From Octopus sinensis (Eukaryota), in assembly GCF_006345805.1 (NCBI RefSeq), contig NC_043007.1:26040001-26104000 (forward strand): a stretch of DNA of 64,000 nucleotides, in the 5' to 3' direction. The notes under the pieces are model-generated. The model was not told where the DNA came from. It did no database searches and was given only the letters and a program-made list of their open reading frames with translations. This document shows positions 25,640-38,582 of the stretch, piece by piece (the stretch's first letter is position 1; every line of letters starts with the position of its first letter). A program made the translations under genes and the position numbers.

Positions 25640-26110
25640 AAGTGAGGGGGTAATAGATGAGAGACATTGATGGTAACTACTTGTTTGTTGATATGAGAAA
25701 GAGAATAAGTGATAGATAATAACAAGAGTGTGTTGACAAGTAATAGTGATAGGTGACTGGCAGTGCAGAAAGGGTAATGGTAGGACATGTTGGTTATCTA
25801 GAGATCCAATACAATCCTTCAGACATAGTCATCTCGGTGTAAAAGAAAGGTAGTTACAAGAATGGTAACAGGGATATTGAATATAGACAAATTTAGTGCG
25901 ATCCCTCTGTACAGGATGATACAATGAATAGGCAAGCCAGTATCAGAGAGAGACGAGAAGTTTGGACAGATCCAATGCCATTTTTAGTTATGGAGTAACA
26001 GGCGAGAGGTTGATCGGTGGTAGAGAAATGTGAGGGTATCAAAGGATGGGGGAGTAGCCGGTGAAGACTTAAGGGAGGCCCACAGAATAGGTGCATTCTC
26101 CTTTCCAGCC
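25640..26110 (-). mobile_element. Old LINE 3' fragment (CR1/L2-like, heavily decayed)
   Basis: Minus strand has remnants resembling H-NFVYI...SFTPR-T-..GL, akin to the HP..V.IP..R....SFFPRT..LWN.LP C-terminal motif; many stops. Confidence 0.45.
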
Positions 26111-26461
26111 TGTATCATTCCCATTTTAATGTTCAATTGGCTACACCTGTACAGGCAAGCAAGTGTTTTTCAGTAAGTACTACATGTCATTAGTTATTGC
26201 AGTCCTTTGTCAACTTCTTCATTAGGTTGATTATTCTGAGATCCATCTTCTTAGGTCTCTCTCTTGTATAGGTTGTATCCATTATGAGTGTTCTCTACTA
26301 CTTTTTACAGTAGTACAACCCTGCTCTTATCTTGGGCAACATTAGTGGTGTTGACTTGATGTGTGGACAGCTATTGGGCTCACATAAACCTTGCCTAAGC
26401 ATGTGCCCTGGAGAGCAACTTACAAAGTGCAGAATATTGTCAGCTCTGACTGATGGAGTCC

Positions 26462-26492
<31 letters not shown>

Positions 26493-27639
26493 ATGCGCGC
26501 ACATGCATTTACATACTGAGACATTTTCAAGAGGAGTGGACACATGTGGGGTGTAGTCCCACGTATACAAAAAGACAGCTATGCCAGCAGACCTCCGAGT
26601 TGTAAAGTGAGAGTTAGAAACAATAATTGTGTTATTGGAGTTGAAATCAGCAAAAATTTACTGACTCCAATTAAATGTAAAATGCAATATGTGTTAAAAT
26701 TTCCAATTTCACAAAAACTAATTTAGCTAATTTCACAAATACAACTTTAAAAATAATAACATCAGATTTAAGAGCTTTCTATGAAAGAATATCTGGTAGA
26801 ACAAATTGTTAATAAATTTGGGTAATGATTTCACCCCTTTTCCATATAATTAGTTTCTTTAATAATTTTTGAAGGAGTAAACTTTTCAATTCATTACAAT
26901 AAAATTTTTTATTCAGTTTAATGTAATTTTTCACATTACATTCACCTTGATAATTATGTAATCTTAATAAGGAAGCATTATTTATCTAATTGAGTTTATT
27001 TATAATTTTAGGAGTCAGAGTTGATATAGTGTACTGACGCAACAGTTCTGTAGACAACAACTATAAATGTTTCCAACCATTGAGGAATCTTCTGTTAGCG
27101 ACTTCAACCCTTCCTCACTCATTATCTCCTTACTTCCTTGGGAAAATATATACTTTGTATCAAGATTTTTAAGATAGCATCTTAGTGTTAGTACACACAC
27201 ATACACACTGAGCATACTTATACAAATACGAGGGTGTATTTGTGTTTATGTATGCATATTCATATTTATATATCAATTTGTGGTGCGGATAGAGATGTAT
27301 GCAGGCATCTGTGTGTAAATGTATGCAAATATGTAGGTATTCTAAGAAATCTATCTGTTGAGCTTGTACCTGCATCTGACAAGTGCTTCTCCAGGGTGTA
27401 GGCCTGCGCAAAGTCTTTTATGGAAGACTGACAAGTTGCTCATACATGAATGAGGTCACTCCACTCCACATTACAAATGTGTGTATATGTGTATTTTCTT
27501 TTTCTGTGTATTTCAGTGTGTGAATATATTTTTTATTTGTGTGTGTGCCAAAATTAGGATTGATATTGTAAATGTTGTTTTGAACATTTATGTAGTTCTT
27601 CTTAAGTGTCATATATATTGATTTCATAATTTGGCACAA

Positions 27640-27830
27640 AGCCAGCAACTTGGGTGGAGGGGTAAGTCGATAACATCAATCCCTATGTTGTACTGGTAAT
27701 TATTTTATTGACCTTGAAAGGATGAAAGGCACAATTGACCTCAGTAGAATTTGAACTGAATGCAAAGACAAATGAAATGCCGCAAAGCATTTTGCCTAGC
27801 ATGCTAATGATTCTTCCAGCTCACTGCCTT
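27640..27830 (-). mobile_element. SINE family B, diverged
   Basis: Reverse complement of the family B head and body. Confidence 0.75.
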
Positions 27831-27869
27831 AAGTGTTTTGTGTATAAAAAATTAAATTATATATATTAC

Positions 27870-28292
27870 TTAACCCCTTAGAATTCAGGTTACTGTCAAA
27901 TCTAACAATTATTTGCATTGTTTTGAATTAATCATACATTATCTCACAGCTTTGAGGGTTTGAGCCATGTGATTGTTTATTTTGAGAATGACGTTGCAGG
28001 GTAGGCGTGAAAGTCCAGACCTGGCCAGTTTGAACATAAAACAGGTAGACGATTTGGCGAGCTGGCAGAAACATTAGCATGCTGGGCTAAGGGTATTTCA
28101 TCTGCTGTTACGTTCTGAGTTCAAATTCTGTCGAAGTCGACTTTTGCCGTTCATCCTTTTGGGGTCGATTAAATAAGTACCAGTTATGCAGTGGAGTCGA
28201 TGTAATTGACTTAATCCCTTTGTCTGTCCTTGTTTGTCCTCTCTATGTTTAGTCCCCTGTGAGCAATAAAGAAATAAATACTAAAGGGTTAA
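27870..28292 (+). mobile_element. MITE family E carrying a nested SINE B (28055-28278)
   Basis: ttaaCCCCTTAGAATTCAG ... CTAAAGGGttaa termini enclose a full SINE B copy. Confidence 0.85.
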
Positions 28293-29427
28293 ATCATTCA
28301 CTGGGTCATTACTATACCTTTTCTTTCTATAGTAGTATATAAGCATATGTTTCACCATCTGATGATTGCCACTTTAATGTGAAATTTGAAGTAATGACTA
28401 GTTGCCATCTGTAACTTTAAAGACAACATGATTTTACTCTACTATATATCTTGAATAACTTTTTACCTTGTTTGTACCACTAGTTGCAAGCAAAATCCCG
28501 TCTCTCACTCTCTGTCTCTCTCTAATTGTCTTACCTACACAGTAACTTCTAAACAATCATTTAGGTGTATAGAGATTATTAAAATGTTATGTATAAATTA
28601 ATTACAATCTCATTATCACCGTCATTGATAAACCCTTTTCAGTGTTTCTAGTTTCTTTGATTCTGAACACCTACCTTCAAAGGTACTAGTAGATAATGCA
28701 CTAAGTTAGTTGCTCTTTCTTCTGTGTGTGCCTTTTCCTTTATTCGTGTACGGAACACTTAGTTAAGAGAGGAAAGCAAAAAAAAAAAAAAAGCTTTAAA
28801 AATTATCTTTTTAATAAGCTTCAGTTTCAGATTTTTGCTTAATCATCTTAAAGCACTTTTGTCAAATTGACCAATTTTTTATGACAATTATGGTTGTATT
28901 TGAGTATTTGAATTTTTCAGTTATTTACAAGATGAATTACCATCACAAAAGAATCTCGTCTTTATGTATAGGCATAAATGCCATTTGAAAATTTCTGTAC
29001 TTGTACTTTTAAAGTCGTTTGGGTTTTATGTTCGTGTGTGTGTGTTCATAATTGAATTTCTGTCGAAATACAACATTCCTTTTTAATAATGACCTCAATT
29101 TACATTTTTTATTATATATTTGAATTAATAAATTGGAATTTCTCTTTATAAAATCTCTTTTGCTATGTCAGGGAAGTATATTTTATTTATTTAAAACTAT
29201 ATATGTGTGTGTATGTGTGTAATGTATGGATTACATTGATATATTTATAATCTTAAATTTCAATTTGTTTATCTTTAATTTAGAATTGATTTTTATTTAT
29301 TTACAAATGAAAGCTATAGATATGATTTAATGATATTTTTTTTGTTGCACATAGAAATAGCATAAATTTGCAAATCTCCCCTCCTCCCATTTCAGGGTGA
29401 ATGAATGCTGCTATTCTGAAGAGATGT

Positions 29428-29647
29428 TTAACCATGTAGTATTTAAACCAGTCATATTAACCCAAAAATATTCTACCTGTTTTATCTTCAAACTGATCAG
29501 ATCTAGCTTCTCACATCCACCCTACACTGTCATTCTAAAAATTGTCACATTGAAATTTCAAAGCTATGAGATACGCATTATTAGTTCAAAACAATGTGAA
29601 TAAATAAATTTGCATTTCGTAGGGTAATCTGAATGCTGAAGGGTTAA
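29428..29647 (-). mobile_element. TTAA-type MITE family E
   Basis: TTAA at both ends; reverse complement of 42538-42763. Confidence 0.85.
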
Positions 29648-29804
29648 GGTAGAGAGCTAGCAGAGATAGCAGTGTGTGACACCAAATTGCATTGTAGTAG
29701 TTCTTTTTCTTCTTAATGGTCATAGCCTTTAATATCGTTAGTTCTTGTCATTGAGTTGTGAAAGGCACAATGGCTGTGAGGTTGAGTTTCTGGACTACGA
29801 TCAT

Positions 29805-30171
29805 ATTCTTTTATTCTTTTACTTGTTTCAGTCATTTGACTATGGCCATGCTGGAGCACCACCTTTAGTTGAGCAAATCAACCCTAGGACTTTTTTGTAA
29901 GCCCAGTACTTATTCTATTGGCCTCTTTTGCCGAACTGCTAAGTTACAGGGGCGTAAACACACAAGCATCGGTTGCCAAGCGATGTTTGTGGGGTGGCAA
30001 ACACACACACACACATATATGACAAGCTTCTTTTAGTTTTCGTCTACTAAATCCACTCACAAGGCCGAGGCCATAGTAGAAGACACTTGCCCAAGGTGCC
30101 ATACAGTGGTACTGAACCCGGAACCATGTGGTTGGGAAGCAAGCTATTTACCATACAGCCACTCCTGTGTC
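29805..30171 (-). mobile_element. SINE family A
   Basis: Colinear with 36188-36610. Confidence 0.88.
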
Positions 30172-30609
30172 TGCCACACACTCCCCTTATTAGCTGTCAG
30201 TTGTGTTGTTCCTCTGATAAAGCATCTGACTCTGCTCTAGTTCAGTTTCTGAACGAGCAGAATAGGGGTGGTTTGGTCGGGGTGCAGACACTTTGTTGTG
30301 GCTGTGTGTTTTGTAGCAGGAAAGGCATTCAGCCATAAAAACAATTGCTCTAATGTATAAATCCTCTCATCCAGTAAAACATGGGAATATAGATATAACA
30401 AAAGATTAGTGACCTTGTGAAATTGCTACTGCTGTTATTGAGATCACTGAGCCAGCAGAAATATGGTTGAGTGCCAGACTAAGAGGTTAACTTTCCATTT
30501 AATTCCTTTGGGGCCAGTAAAAGAAGAATCAGTAATATACTTGGAGATACTGTTCCTTACTGCTTCCTTTGCAATTTGTTGCATTGTAATCTATGCAATA
30601 AATAGGTAT

Positions 30610-32135
30610 TATTAATTGGTAGAGCTGCCGACAAAAGGTCATGTGGTGTTTGATTATGCCATTTTAGATTCTGATTTTAAATCTCATGATGGCCAGCTTT
30701 GCTTTTCATCCTCTGAGTGGGTGGCATTGGGTCAGTGGTTAAAATACTTTTTAAATATTGGGGTTGGTATGATTGACTGCAATCTCTCTAAAGTTTGATG
30801 CAATCGGTAGTAACCTTGCAATTAATAGTAACCTTGGTAATCATTGTTCTAGTTCTTCATGTTCTGAGTTCAAATCCCATCAAGGTCAACTTTGTTTTTC
30901 ATCCTTCCAAGGTTGCTAAAATAAAGTACCAGCCATGTACTGAAGTCATTTTGATTGATCCCCTCCTCAATTTCTGCCTTAGTACCTATGTAAGAAATTT
31001 TTATCATTATTGTAAGTATAGTGTATTAGCAAAATTGTTAGAACACTAGATAAAAAAAACAAACCCTGTGTTATTTGTTCTGGCTTTTTATATTCTGAGT
31101 TCAAATCCTGCTGGGTTAACTTTGTCTTTTATCTTTCAGAAGTTAAAATGAAGTATCACCCAAATACTAGGAGCAATATAATCAACAAAACCCCTTCCAG
31201 CCAAATTTCTGGCCCTGATCCTATATTAGAAACTAAACATGCTGGGCAAATGCTTAGTAGCATTTCTTCCACCTCTTTACATTCTAAGTTCAAATCCTGC
31301 TCAAGTTAACTTTGCAATTCATCCTTACAAGTAAAATATTGGGGTTTATGAAACCCCATCTCCTTAAAATTGCTGGCTTTATGCCAAAATTTGAAACCAT
31401 TATTAATGTTATTATTATTGTAGATTTCAATATGTTTTTCATATTATTAACTCCTTGTTAACTTTTTTTTTTTCTTGTTTTCAATACAGTTGTACTCTAT
31501 GGATGCACCTGATTTTTCAATCATGGTCAGTTTATCAGTTTCATTTCAATTTTGCATGGTCAAGTACAATGTTTTGTTCTAGATGTTTCATGTTCTTTGT
31601 GGTCATTATTAAGATCGACAAGCCCCCTTTCCCTAAGTTCCAAGCCTTGTGCCTATAGTAGAAAGGATTATTATTATTCAGGCGTCGAGCTGGCAGAGTC
31701 GTTAGCACGCCAGGCATATTGCTTATCGGCATTTCGCTCATCTGCACATTCTGACTTTAAATTCCGTCGAGGTCAACTCTGCCTTCACACCTCTTGGGGT
31801 TGCTAAAATAAGTACCAGTTGTACACTGGGGTTGATGTAATTGACTTACTCCCTTCCCCAAAATTGCTGGTCTTGTGCAAAATTTGAAACCATTATTAAT
31901 ATTATTATTATTGTGGTGAGCTGGCAGAATTGTTAGCACACTGGGTGAAATGCTTAGCAGTATTTCGTCTGATGCTACGTTCTGAGTTCAAATTCTGCCA
32001 AGGTCGCTATTGCCTTTCATCCTTTCGGGGTCGATAAATTAAGAACCAGTTACGTACTGGAGTTGATGTAATCGACTTGTCCCCTCCCTCAAAATTGCTG
32101 CCCTTGTAGCAAAATTTGAGACCATTATTATTATT
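30610..32135 (+). repeat. Head-to-tail cluster of 6-7 SINE B copies separated by (ATT)n tails
   Basis: TTCTGAGTTCAAAT B-box cores recur about every 200-240 bp; best-preserved copies at 31681-31910 and 31912-32135. Confidence 0.85.
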
Positions 32136-32884
32136 GTTTTGTTTTAGCCCATTTTTCTTGTCTCTCACTGTTCAATATGTTGGATGGATCTGTACATTCG
32201 AAGATCACCAAATATTCAGGTTGTTGTTGTTGTTGTTGTTTAAAACCCAGGTCATCCTTGGTTGAGCAGATAGATCTATGTAATCAAAGGTATTCCAGCT
32301 ATGACCATCCCATATTCTTTTCCAAATATGCATTAAGGACAACACCGCCTAATGTTCTGTTCCTTTTTTAAGATAGCTGAGTGTGATTTGAGGAAGGTTT
32401 TACTGCTATTGCTATTCCTAGCAGATTGAACAGCTGTGTAGAGTCTTACTTCATTGTCTCATCAAAGAGGTGTTGACTTAAGACAAGTGTCCTGCCTTTG
32501 ATCAGTTGCTCTTACTGAGTGTTGGCTCAGCATTGAACCCACTGTTATGGATTTTGGTTTGTCTTTGAGTATAGTGGAGTTAATTCTGGTGAACATAGTT
32601 GTAAATTTGTGTTGTAATATCATTGTTGTAATGTCTGCATGATAGTTGTTTGGTGGGGTGTTATGTTGTGGTATTTTATTGCATTTGTGTAATTTTGTTT
32701 CTTACAGGATATTAAATGACTCGTATCTATTTCAAACTGGATTTATGCTGTTCTCTTCATGATCATCTTGATCATCACTATATGTATTTTTTATTATTAT
32801 TTGTGGTTAGAGAAATACACAAGCAGTTTCTTTTCTTACATTGGAAATAATTAAGAAAATTTTAGAAAACAGGTATAAAAATGT

Positions 32885-33078
32885 GAGCTATATTTGCCAT
32901 CTCAATATGGCTAATCACTAAGGGTGGGTGTTACTGTAGCTTATAGCCCCAGGAGAACATCTCCTCCAGCTGGCTTTAGGCACAGGGGCTATAAGCTACA
33001 GTAACACCCACCCTTAGTGGTTAGCCATATTGAGATGGCAAATATACCTCACATTGTCGTGCAGTTACTGTTTATACT
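32885..33078. mobile_element. Foldback element with ~70-bp near-perfect arms and 12-bp flanking direct repeat
   Basis: Arms 32881-32950 and 32985-33054; gtataaaaatgt at 32873-32884 and 33079-33090. Confidence 0.85.
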
Positions 33079-34790
33079 GTATAAAAATGTTCCAAGTTTA
33101 TCAAAGGTTATGTTAACATTGCAATAATACTTTCTGGGATGTGCCTATGTCTGTCCTTAACGATAGCCAGATAGCCTTTTCACAAAGTGGTCATTTATCT
33201 GTCCTGTTGTACCTATTGCAAACAAAATGGTATACATTCCCAAACTAAGTTAGTGTATTTTCTTATATTTTCAGATTTCTTTTCTACAACATCATAGTCA
33301 TTTGGTGTTGCTTTGTTGCTTATTCATATGTTAGTCATTTTTGCCATGGAAGATCTCAGGCTTATATACATGCTATGGTCTGTCTTCAGACTGAAATTTT
33401 GATTTTGTCTTTTGACCCTTCCAGGGTTGTTAGATACCTGTCATGTACTTGGGTCGTTCTTAATTGGTTTTCACCCTTGTACCAAATTTGAGACTTTCTG
33501 CCTATGTTAGAAATTATCTTCATCGTTATTAAAATTGACCATGGTACTAAAAATAAAGTGCAGTTTTTGATTGTGTTTCCTCGTATTCTGAGTTCAAATC
33601 ACAATGGAGTTGCCTTATGTTTAGGTGACATCTAGTCAGTCATTTCAGACAAGCAAAACTCATAGGTGAAATAGAAAAGGAGGTAGGTGGATACAGTTCA
33701 GTGGTTTATTATATATTTTGAGACTGATGGCTTACTTTTGAAGCAGACTTCTATCCTGTTCAACCAGTGGGTTTAAAAATTTTAGCTAACTACTCCTGAG
33801 TACAGTGAATTAGTAAGTTGACTTCCAGCTCAGAATAACTGTATATTAAAAAAAACAAAAACATGAGGTTTTAGAAATCTGTAGTTCTCGGACACATTGT
33901 TTCTCAACTTTTTTTTTATATGAAAAATAACTTTTACTTCAAATGAAAACTTACAGGTTCTTATTAAGCAATATTCATTTATTATCTTTATTTTATTTTT
34001 TAAAAACTACTTTTAAGAATTTGAGGAGAAAATGCATAAATGGTGGAATTGGTTGATTTTTAGATGAAATACTTAGAAAATATTTAATTATATCCCTTTA
34101 CTTTTTACTCTCTCGAGTTCAGATTCAACTAAAATTAACTTTGCTTACCTCTTTACCGGTAGAGTGGCAGACGAAATATTTTGTAGTATTTAGTTTTGAT
34201 TATGTCCATCTATGTTCTGAGTTCAAATCTCGCTGAAATTCACTTTTCCTTTTCCTTTGTAGCCAATATAATAAGTACCAGTCTATAGAAATAAATAAAG
34301 TACTGGGGTTGATATATTTGAATATATTCGCGAATAACAAAAACCAATTAAAGAATTCCTTATGTATATTTTTTTCTTTGTTATGAACTGTACTTCACTA
34401 AATGTATACTAAGGATTTAGTCACTAACTCAGTATATATTTCAGCCATAAATTACTAAGTTTTGAAATATTGAGCGGACACATTCAGATATACAAGCTGA
34501 CTTTCGGAAATTATTGGTTTGTCCCATTTCTGTTTTGGGTCTGAAGTCAGTGTTTCAAGACTTGGCGCTGAGTCTTATCCCCATTCCTTGCAAGACTTGC
34601 TGTTTGTGGTGATTGGACAGTAAAATTCAATTTTCTTTATGAAAACTTTATTAACTGTTGTTGAATATGAATTAAAAGGGTCACACATATTTTAGGTACT
34701 GTTTTACTTTAAAGTAGAAAGTATAATTTTATAAATAGAAACATTATTTTTAAATCTCTCAGAGAGATATTCAGTAACAGTTCTTTAAAG

Positions 34791-35027
34791 CCTATTTGCC
34801 AACATAATGTGGCTGTCCTGGGTTGGACGATTATTACTGTTGTTTAGCCCAAAACATCGTTTCCAGCTGGCTATACAATACAATATCTGTGCCCTTATAT
34901 TTTCTTTTTTTCTTTCTTTAAATGTAAGGACACAGATATTGTGTTGTATAGCCAGCTGGAAATGATGTTTCAGGCTAAAGAACAGTAACAACTGTCCCTT
35001 CCAGGAAAGCCACATGTTGGCAAATAG
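34791..35027. mobile_element. Older foldback element (~110-bp imperfect arms), related to 32885-33078
   Basis: CTATTTGCCAACAT ... ATGTTGGCAAATAG; shares TTTGCCA, TTACTGT, AGCCC and TCCAGCTGGCT blocks with the 32.9 kb hairpin. Confidence 0.75.
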
Positions 35028-35177
35028 TCTATAATTTTATATTTCATTTATAAACAATGGCAGTAAAAGAAAATTATATCAGGTAATTTTTGATAATGTG
35101 ATCATAGGTTTTGATTTATTGTTTTTATATTCTAATTATACTTAGTTCTATGAACTGGGAAATTTTTGTTAATGCCT

Positions 35178-35403
35178 AGCCCTTTAGCATTTATACTAAC
35201 CATATCTGACCCCAAAATTCTATCTATTTTTTTTGTGTAAACTGGCCAGATCCAGCCTTTCACCTATCCTGCAATGTCATTCTAAAAATAAACAATAACA
35301 TCTTTGAAGTCTCAAAGCTAAAAGAAAATACAGGTTTCATTATATAAAATGTGAATAAATAAGTATTACATTTGACAAAGTATTCTGAAAGCTAAAGAGT
35401 TAA
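35178..35403 (-). mobile_element. MITE family E
   Basis: CCCTTTAGCATTT ... GCTAAAGAGttaa. Confidence 0.75.
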
Positions 35404-36187
35404 TGTTTTGTACTGCAAGTAACCATAAATAACTGTTTCTTAGTCTTGAATCACATGTAACCACAATTCAATTAGCATTGTTATTTGAAGACAGAGAAAA
35501 CAAACAAAAAAAAAAACGTAACATTCTTCTGTCTAAGAAGAATTTCCCATTAAAAAACTTCCTGTTTATACTGTGTATGTTTTTTTTTTTTTTTTTTTTT
35601 GTGGTTTAGCAAGTGAATGTCTTCAGAATTTTACTTTGAATTTTAAAGCATCCTAGCATAATACCTTTAGTGGTGAGTGAAGATTCAGAGATCTATTAAT
35701 GATTTGATTAGGGAGGGAAGGAGAGCCTGGACTTAGGGGAAATAGTCAGTGATAATTCAATGTCTTCTATACACAGTCATGTAGATTTTATACAGGGATT
35801 TATAAGTTCTGAGGGTGGAATGGTCATACAGTTGACTCCTTCTAACTGATAACTGTCTCTGATAGAGTTGTCTTCTAATGTCCTGGGTATTATTATATAA
35901 TTAGGTCTAACAAGGTTCAATCAATGTTTAATGTTTATTTTTATTTTTATCTTTTGAAATTGGAGTACAGTGTATTGATGCATACATGTTTAAAATGTAG
36001 ACACCTTTGGGAGTATACTGCAACCACTAGGCAAAACTATATGAAGGGAAAAGCAAATTTTACTTTAAATCTTGCCTTTCTTTTGATAAAGCAGTTGCAT
36101 GTGCATGAGAGTATGTGTGTGACCAAATGCATGTATGCACACATGCACAATCATGTTTGGATCTACAGACGGGAGGAAATGTATTAA

Positions 36188-36610
36188 CTCTCTCTTTACT
36201 CTTTTACTTGTTTCAGTCATTTGACTGCGGCCATGCTGGAGCACCGCCTTTTTTTTTTTAGTTGAGCAAATCAACCCCAGGTCTTATTCTTTGTAAGCCT
36301 TGTACTTATTCTATCGGTCTCTTTTTGCCGAACCGCTAAGTTACGGAGATGTAAACACACCAGCATCAGTTGTCAAGCAATGCTAGGGGGACAAACACAG
36401 ACACACAAACACACACATGCACATATATATATATATATACTTGTATACGACGGGCTTCTTTCAGTTTCCGTCTACCAAATCCACTCACAAGGCTTTGGTC
36501 GGCCCGAGGCTATAGTAGAAGACACTTGCCCAAGGTGCCACGCAGTGGGACTGAACCCGGAACCATGTGGTTGGTAAACAAGCTACTTATCACACAGCCA
36601 CTCCTGCGCC
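36188..36610 (-). mobile_element. tRNA-headed SINE family A, young full-length copy
   Basis: Minus-strand head GGCGCAGGAGTGGCTGTGTG with B box GGTTCAGTCCC, central (TA/TG)n tract, 3' (AAAGAGT)n tail. Confidence 0.92.
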
Positions 36611-36986
36611 TATTTAATAGATGTCAGAGCAATTTTATGAGATTAAAGATTATAAATTGGGCCTCATCACTAATGAATAATTTAACCAGCATCATATATA
36701 GCTCAGATGGAACAATATATTACACTAAGCAAAAATCATTAAGATGCTGATTGCAGAAAACAGTAACTGAATGAATGAAAGAAAGAAATGAAAATGTTTA
36801 TGACATTGTGTTAAACAGTAAGACACAAAGAGCTGCATACATCTTGAGTGGTGCAGATTGCCCATATCTGGAGTAGATTTTATTCTGTCTTTTTCTGCAG
36901 GTAGCACAAAGGTGCATTTGTTGTTGGAAGGATTGCACATATAGTATGGAACGCTTTAGTAATGGAAGTGAACTACCAATTTCATA

Positions 36987-37027
<41 letters not shown>

Positions 37028-38510
37028 ATACAAAGAGAAAGAGATGGATATATAAGTTGGTAGATATATATATATTTCTTTACTACCCACAAGGGGCTAA
37101 ACACAGAGGGGACAAACAAGGACAGACAAAAGGATTAAGTCGACTACATCGACCCCAGTGCATAACTGGTACTTAATTTATCGACCCCGAAAGGATGAAA
37201 GGCAAAGTCGGTAGATATATATAGGCTAAGTTGAAGTCTTGTCTTGAGCCTCTAATCCCTTTTGGCTGAGCTTATCCTAGTTTCCATGGTGAGAATACAA
37301 GACCCACCCCTCAGAATGGAATGCCTGTTTGTTGCAGGCTTAGTCTTCCAACTTTCACCAGTACTCATTTACAGGTGAAGCAGCATGAAATGAAGTGTTT
37401 TGCTCAAGGACACCTCATCTGTGAATTGAACCTAAAACCTAGTGGTTGTGAGTCGAACACTTAAACCATGAGGTTACATGCCTTTACTTGATGGACAGAT
37501 AAACAGAAAGAAAGAAAATATTAAGTTTGGTGTTAATTTGCCTATTGGTCTTTGTGTGATAACTATTTAACAACCTCCTACCAAAGTGTCTATATGTATG
37601 TATGTATGTATGCATGCATAACTATTGTGCCTATATGTCTGTGCACACCTTTCAATGAAGTGTATACCAGAAGGTTTGCAAATCTAACAGAAGCCTCAAA
37701 ATATATTTCAAGATCCACAAAGATCAGGACTTATCTGCAGCTCTTGGTGGTCCAAATTGGGTATGTAGTCTGTGTGGGTGTCTTTTCAAAACATTGGTTT
37801 AAAAAGCTACGTCAGATGCCATGATGGTTCTAAGGTGTAGGTACAGGAGTTGGTCAAACTCTGTCTAAAGAGTAGACAACCACCATATCGGCTATATTTA
37901 CATATAGTTAATCGGCTATATTTACATACCGAATTCTACCAGTAAATAATTGTGGTCTTTTTTTAAAAACCATTATAGAAATTATTTACTCTTATTATTA
38001 TATATATATTATATATAGATATATATATATATTAATAGGCTTTGCTGAAAACTTGTCATACTTCCAAGGTCCCATTCTATATACTTTGGTATAGGGAATT
38101 TTCATACTTTGTTTACTACGGAATCTGTCACTGTTTGTTATTAAATATGCGTGTGTGGTTGGAGAAGCATGGCTTCATGGTCAAGAAGTTAACTGTGCAA
38201 TAATGAAGTCTTATGTTAGATATCATTACACCTCACCGTCAGCAATTCTCTTCTACTCTATTTTTGTGAATGAAATTGAGTAGGTGGAAAGTATACTGAT
38301 GTAAAAATGTACCAGATGGATTGTGTTAAGTGCAGATTCTGAATATCATTGTGGAATGCTCTTTAGTTTAGTGAATAGTTTGTTTCGTGGATTGTTCAAC
38401 TGAAGACTCATCATGGAAACCAGTGTGAGATCCATTTTTCATTTCTGTCTGTTTGTCTCAGGAGATGAAAAAGAGGAAGAAGAAAAGGAAGAGAAAATGT
38501 GATTAAGAGG

Positions 38511-38514
<4 letters not shown>

Positions 38515-38579
<65 letters not shown>
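38515..38579. repeat. (GA)n microsatellite of about 30 units
   Basis: Directly visible. Other long (CA)n or (TA)n tracts occur at 1946-2018, 2357-2402, 8103-8166, 12969-13070, 24201-24237, 40441-40477, 43530-43597 and 47815-47980. Confidence 0.95.

Positions 38580-38582
<3 letters not shown>

Noticed and set aside
29396-29431. Exon after acceptor cccatttcag, possibly disrupted by the MITE at 29428
   Set aside because: The reconstructed 37-nt exon would not preserve frame and is open only in phase 2; no independent support.
30610-32135. CRISPR-like array
   Set aside because: Units are ~200-240 bp SINE copies, not short identical repeats with unique spacers, and the context is eukaryotic.
38462-38510. 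Purine-rich exon after tttgtctcag
   Set aside because: Stops in the frames checked, weak donors, and the sequence grades into the (GA)n tract.
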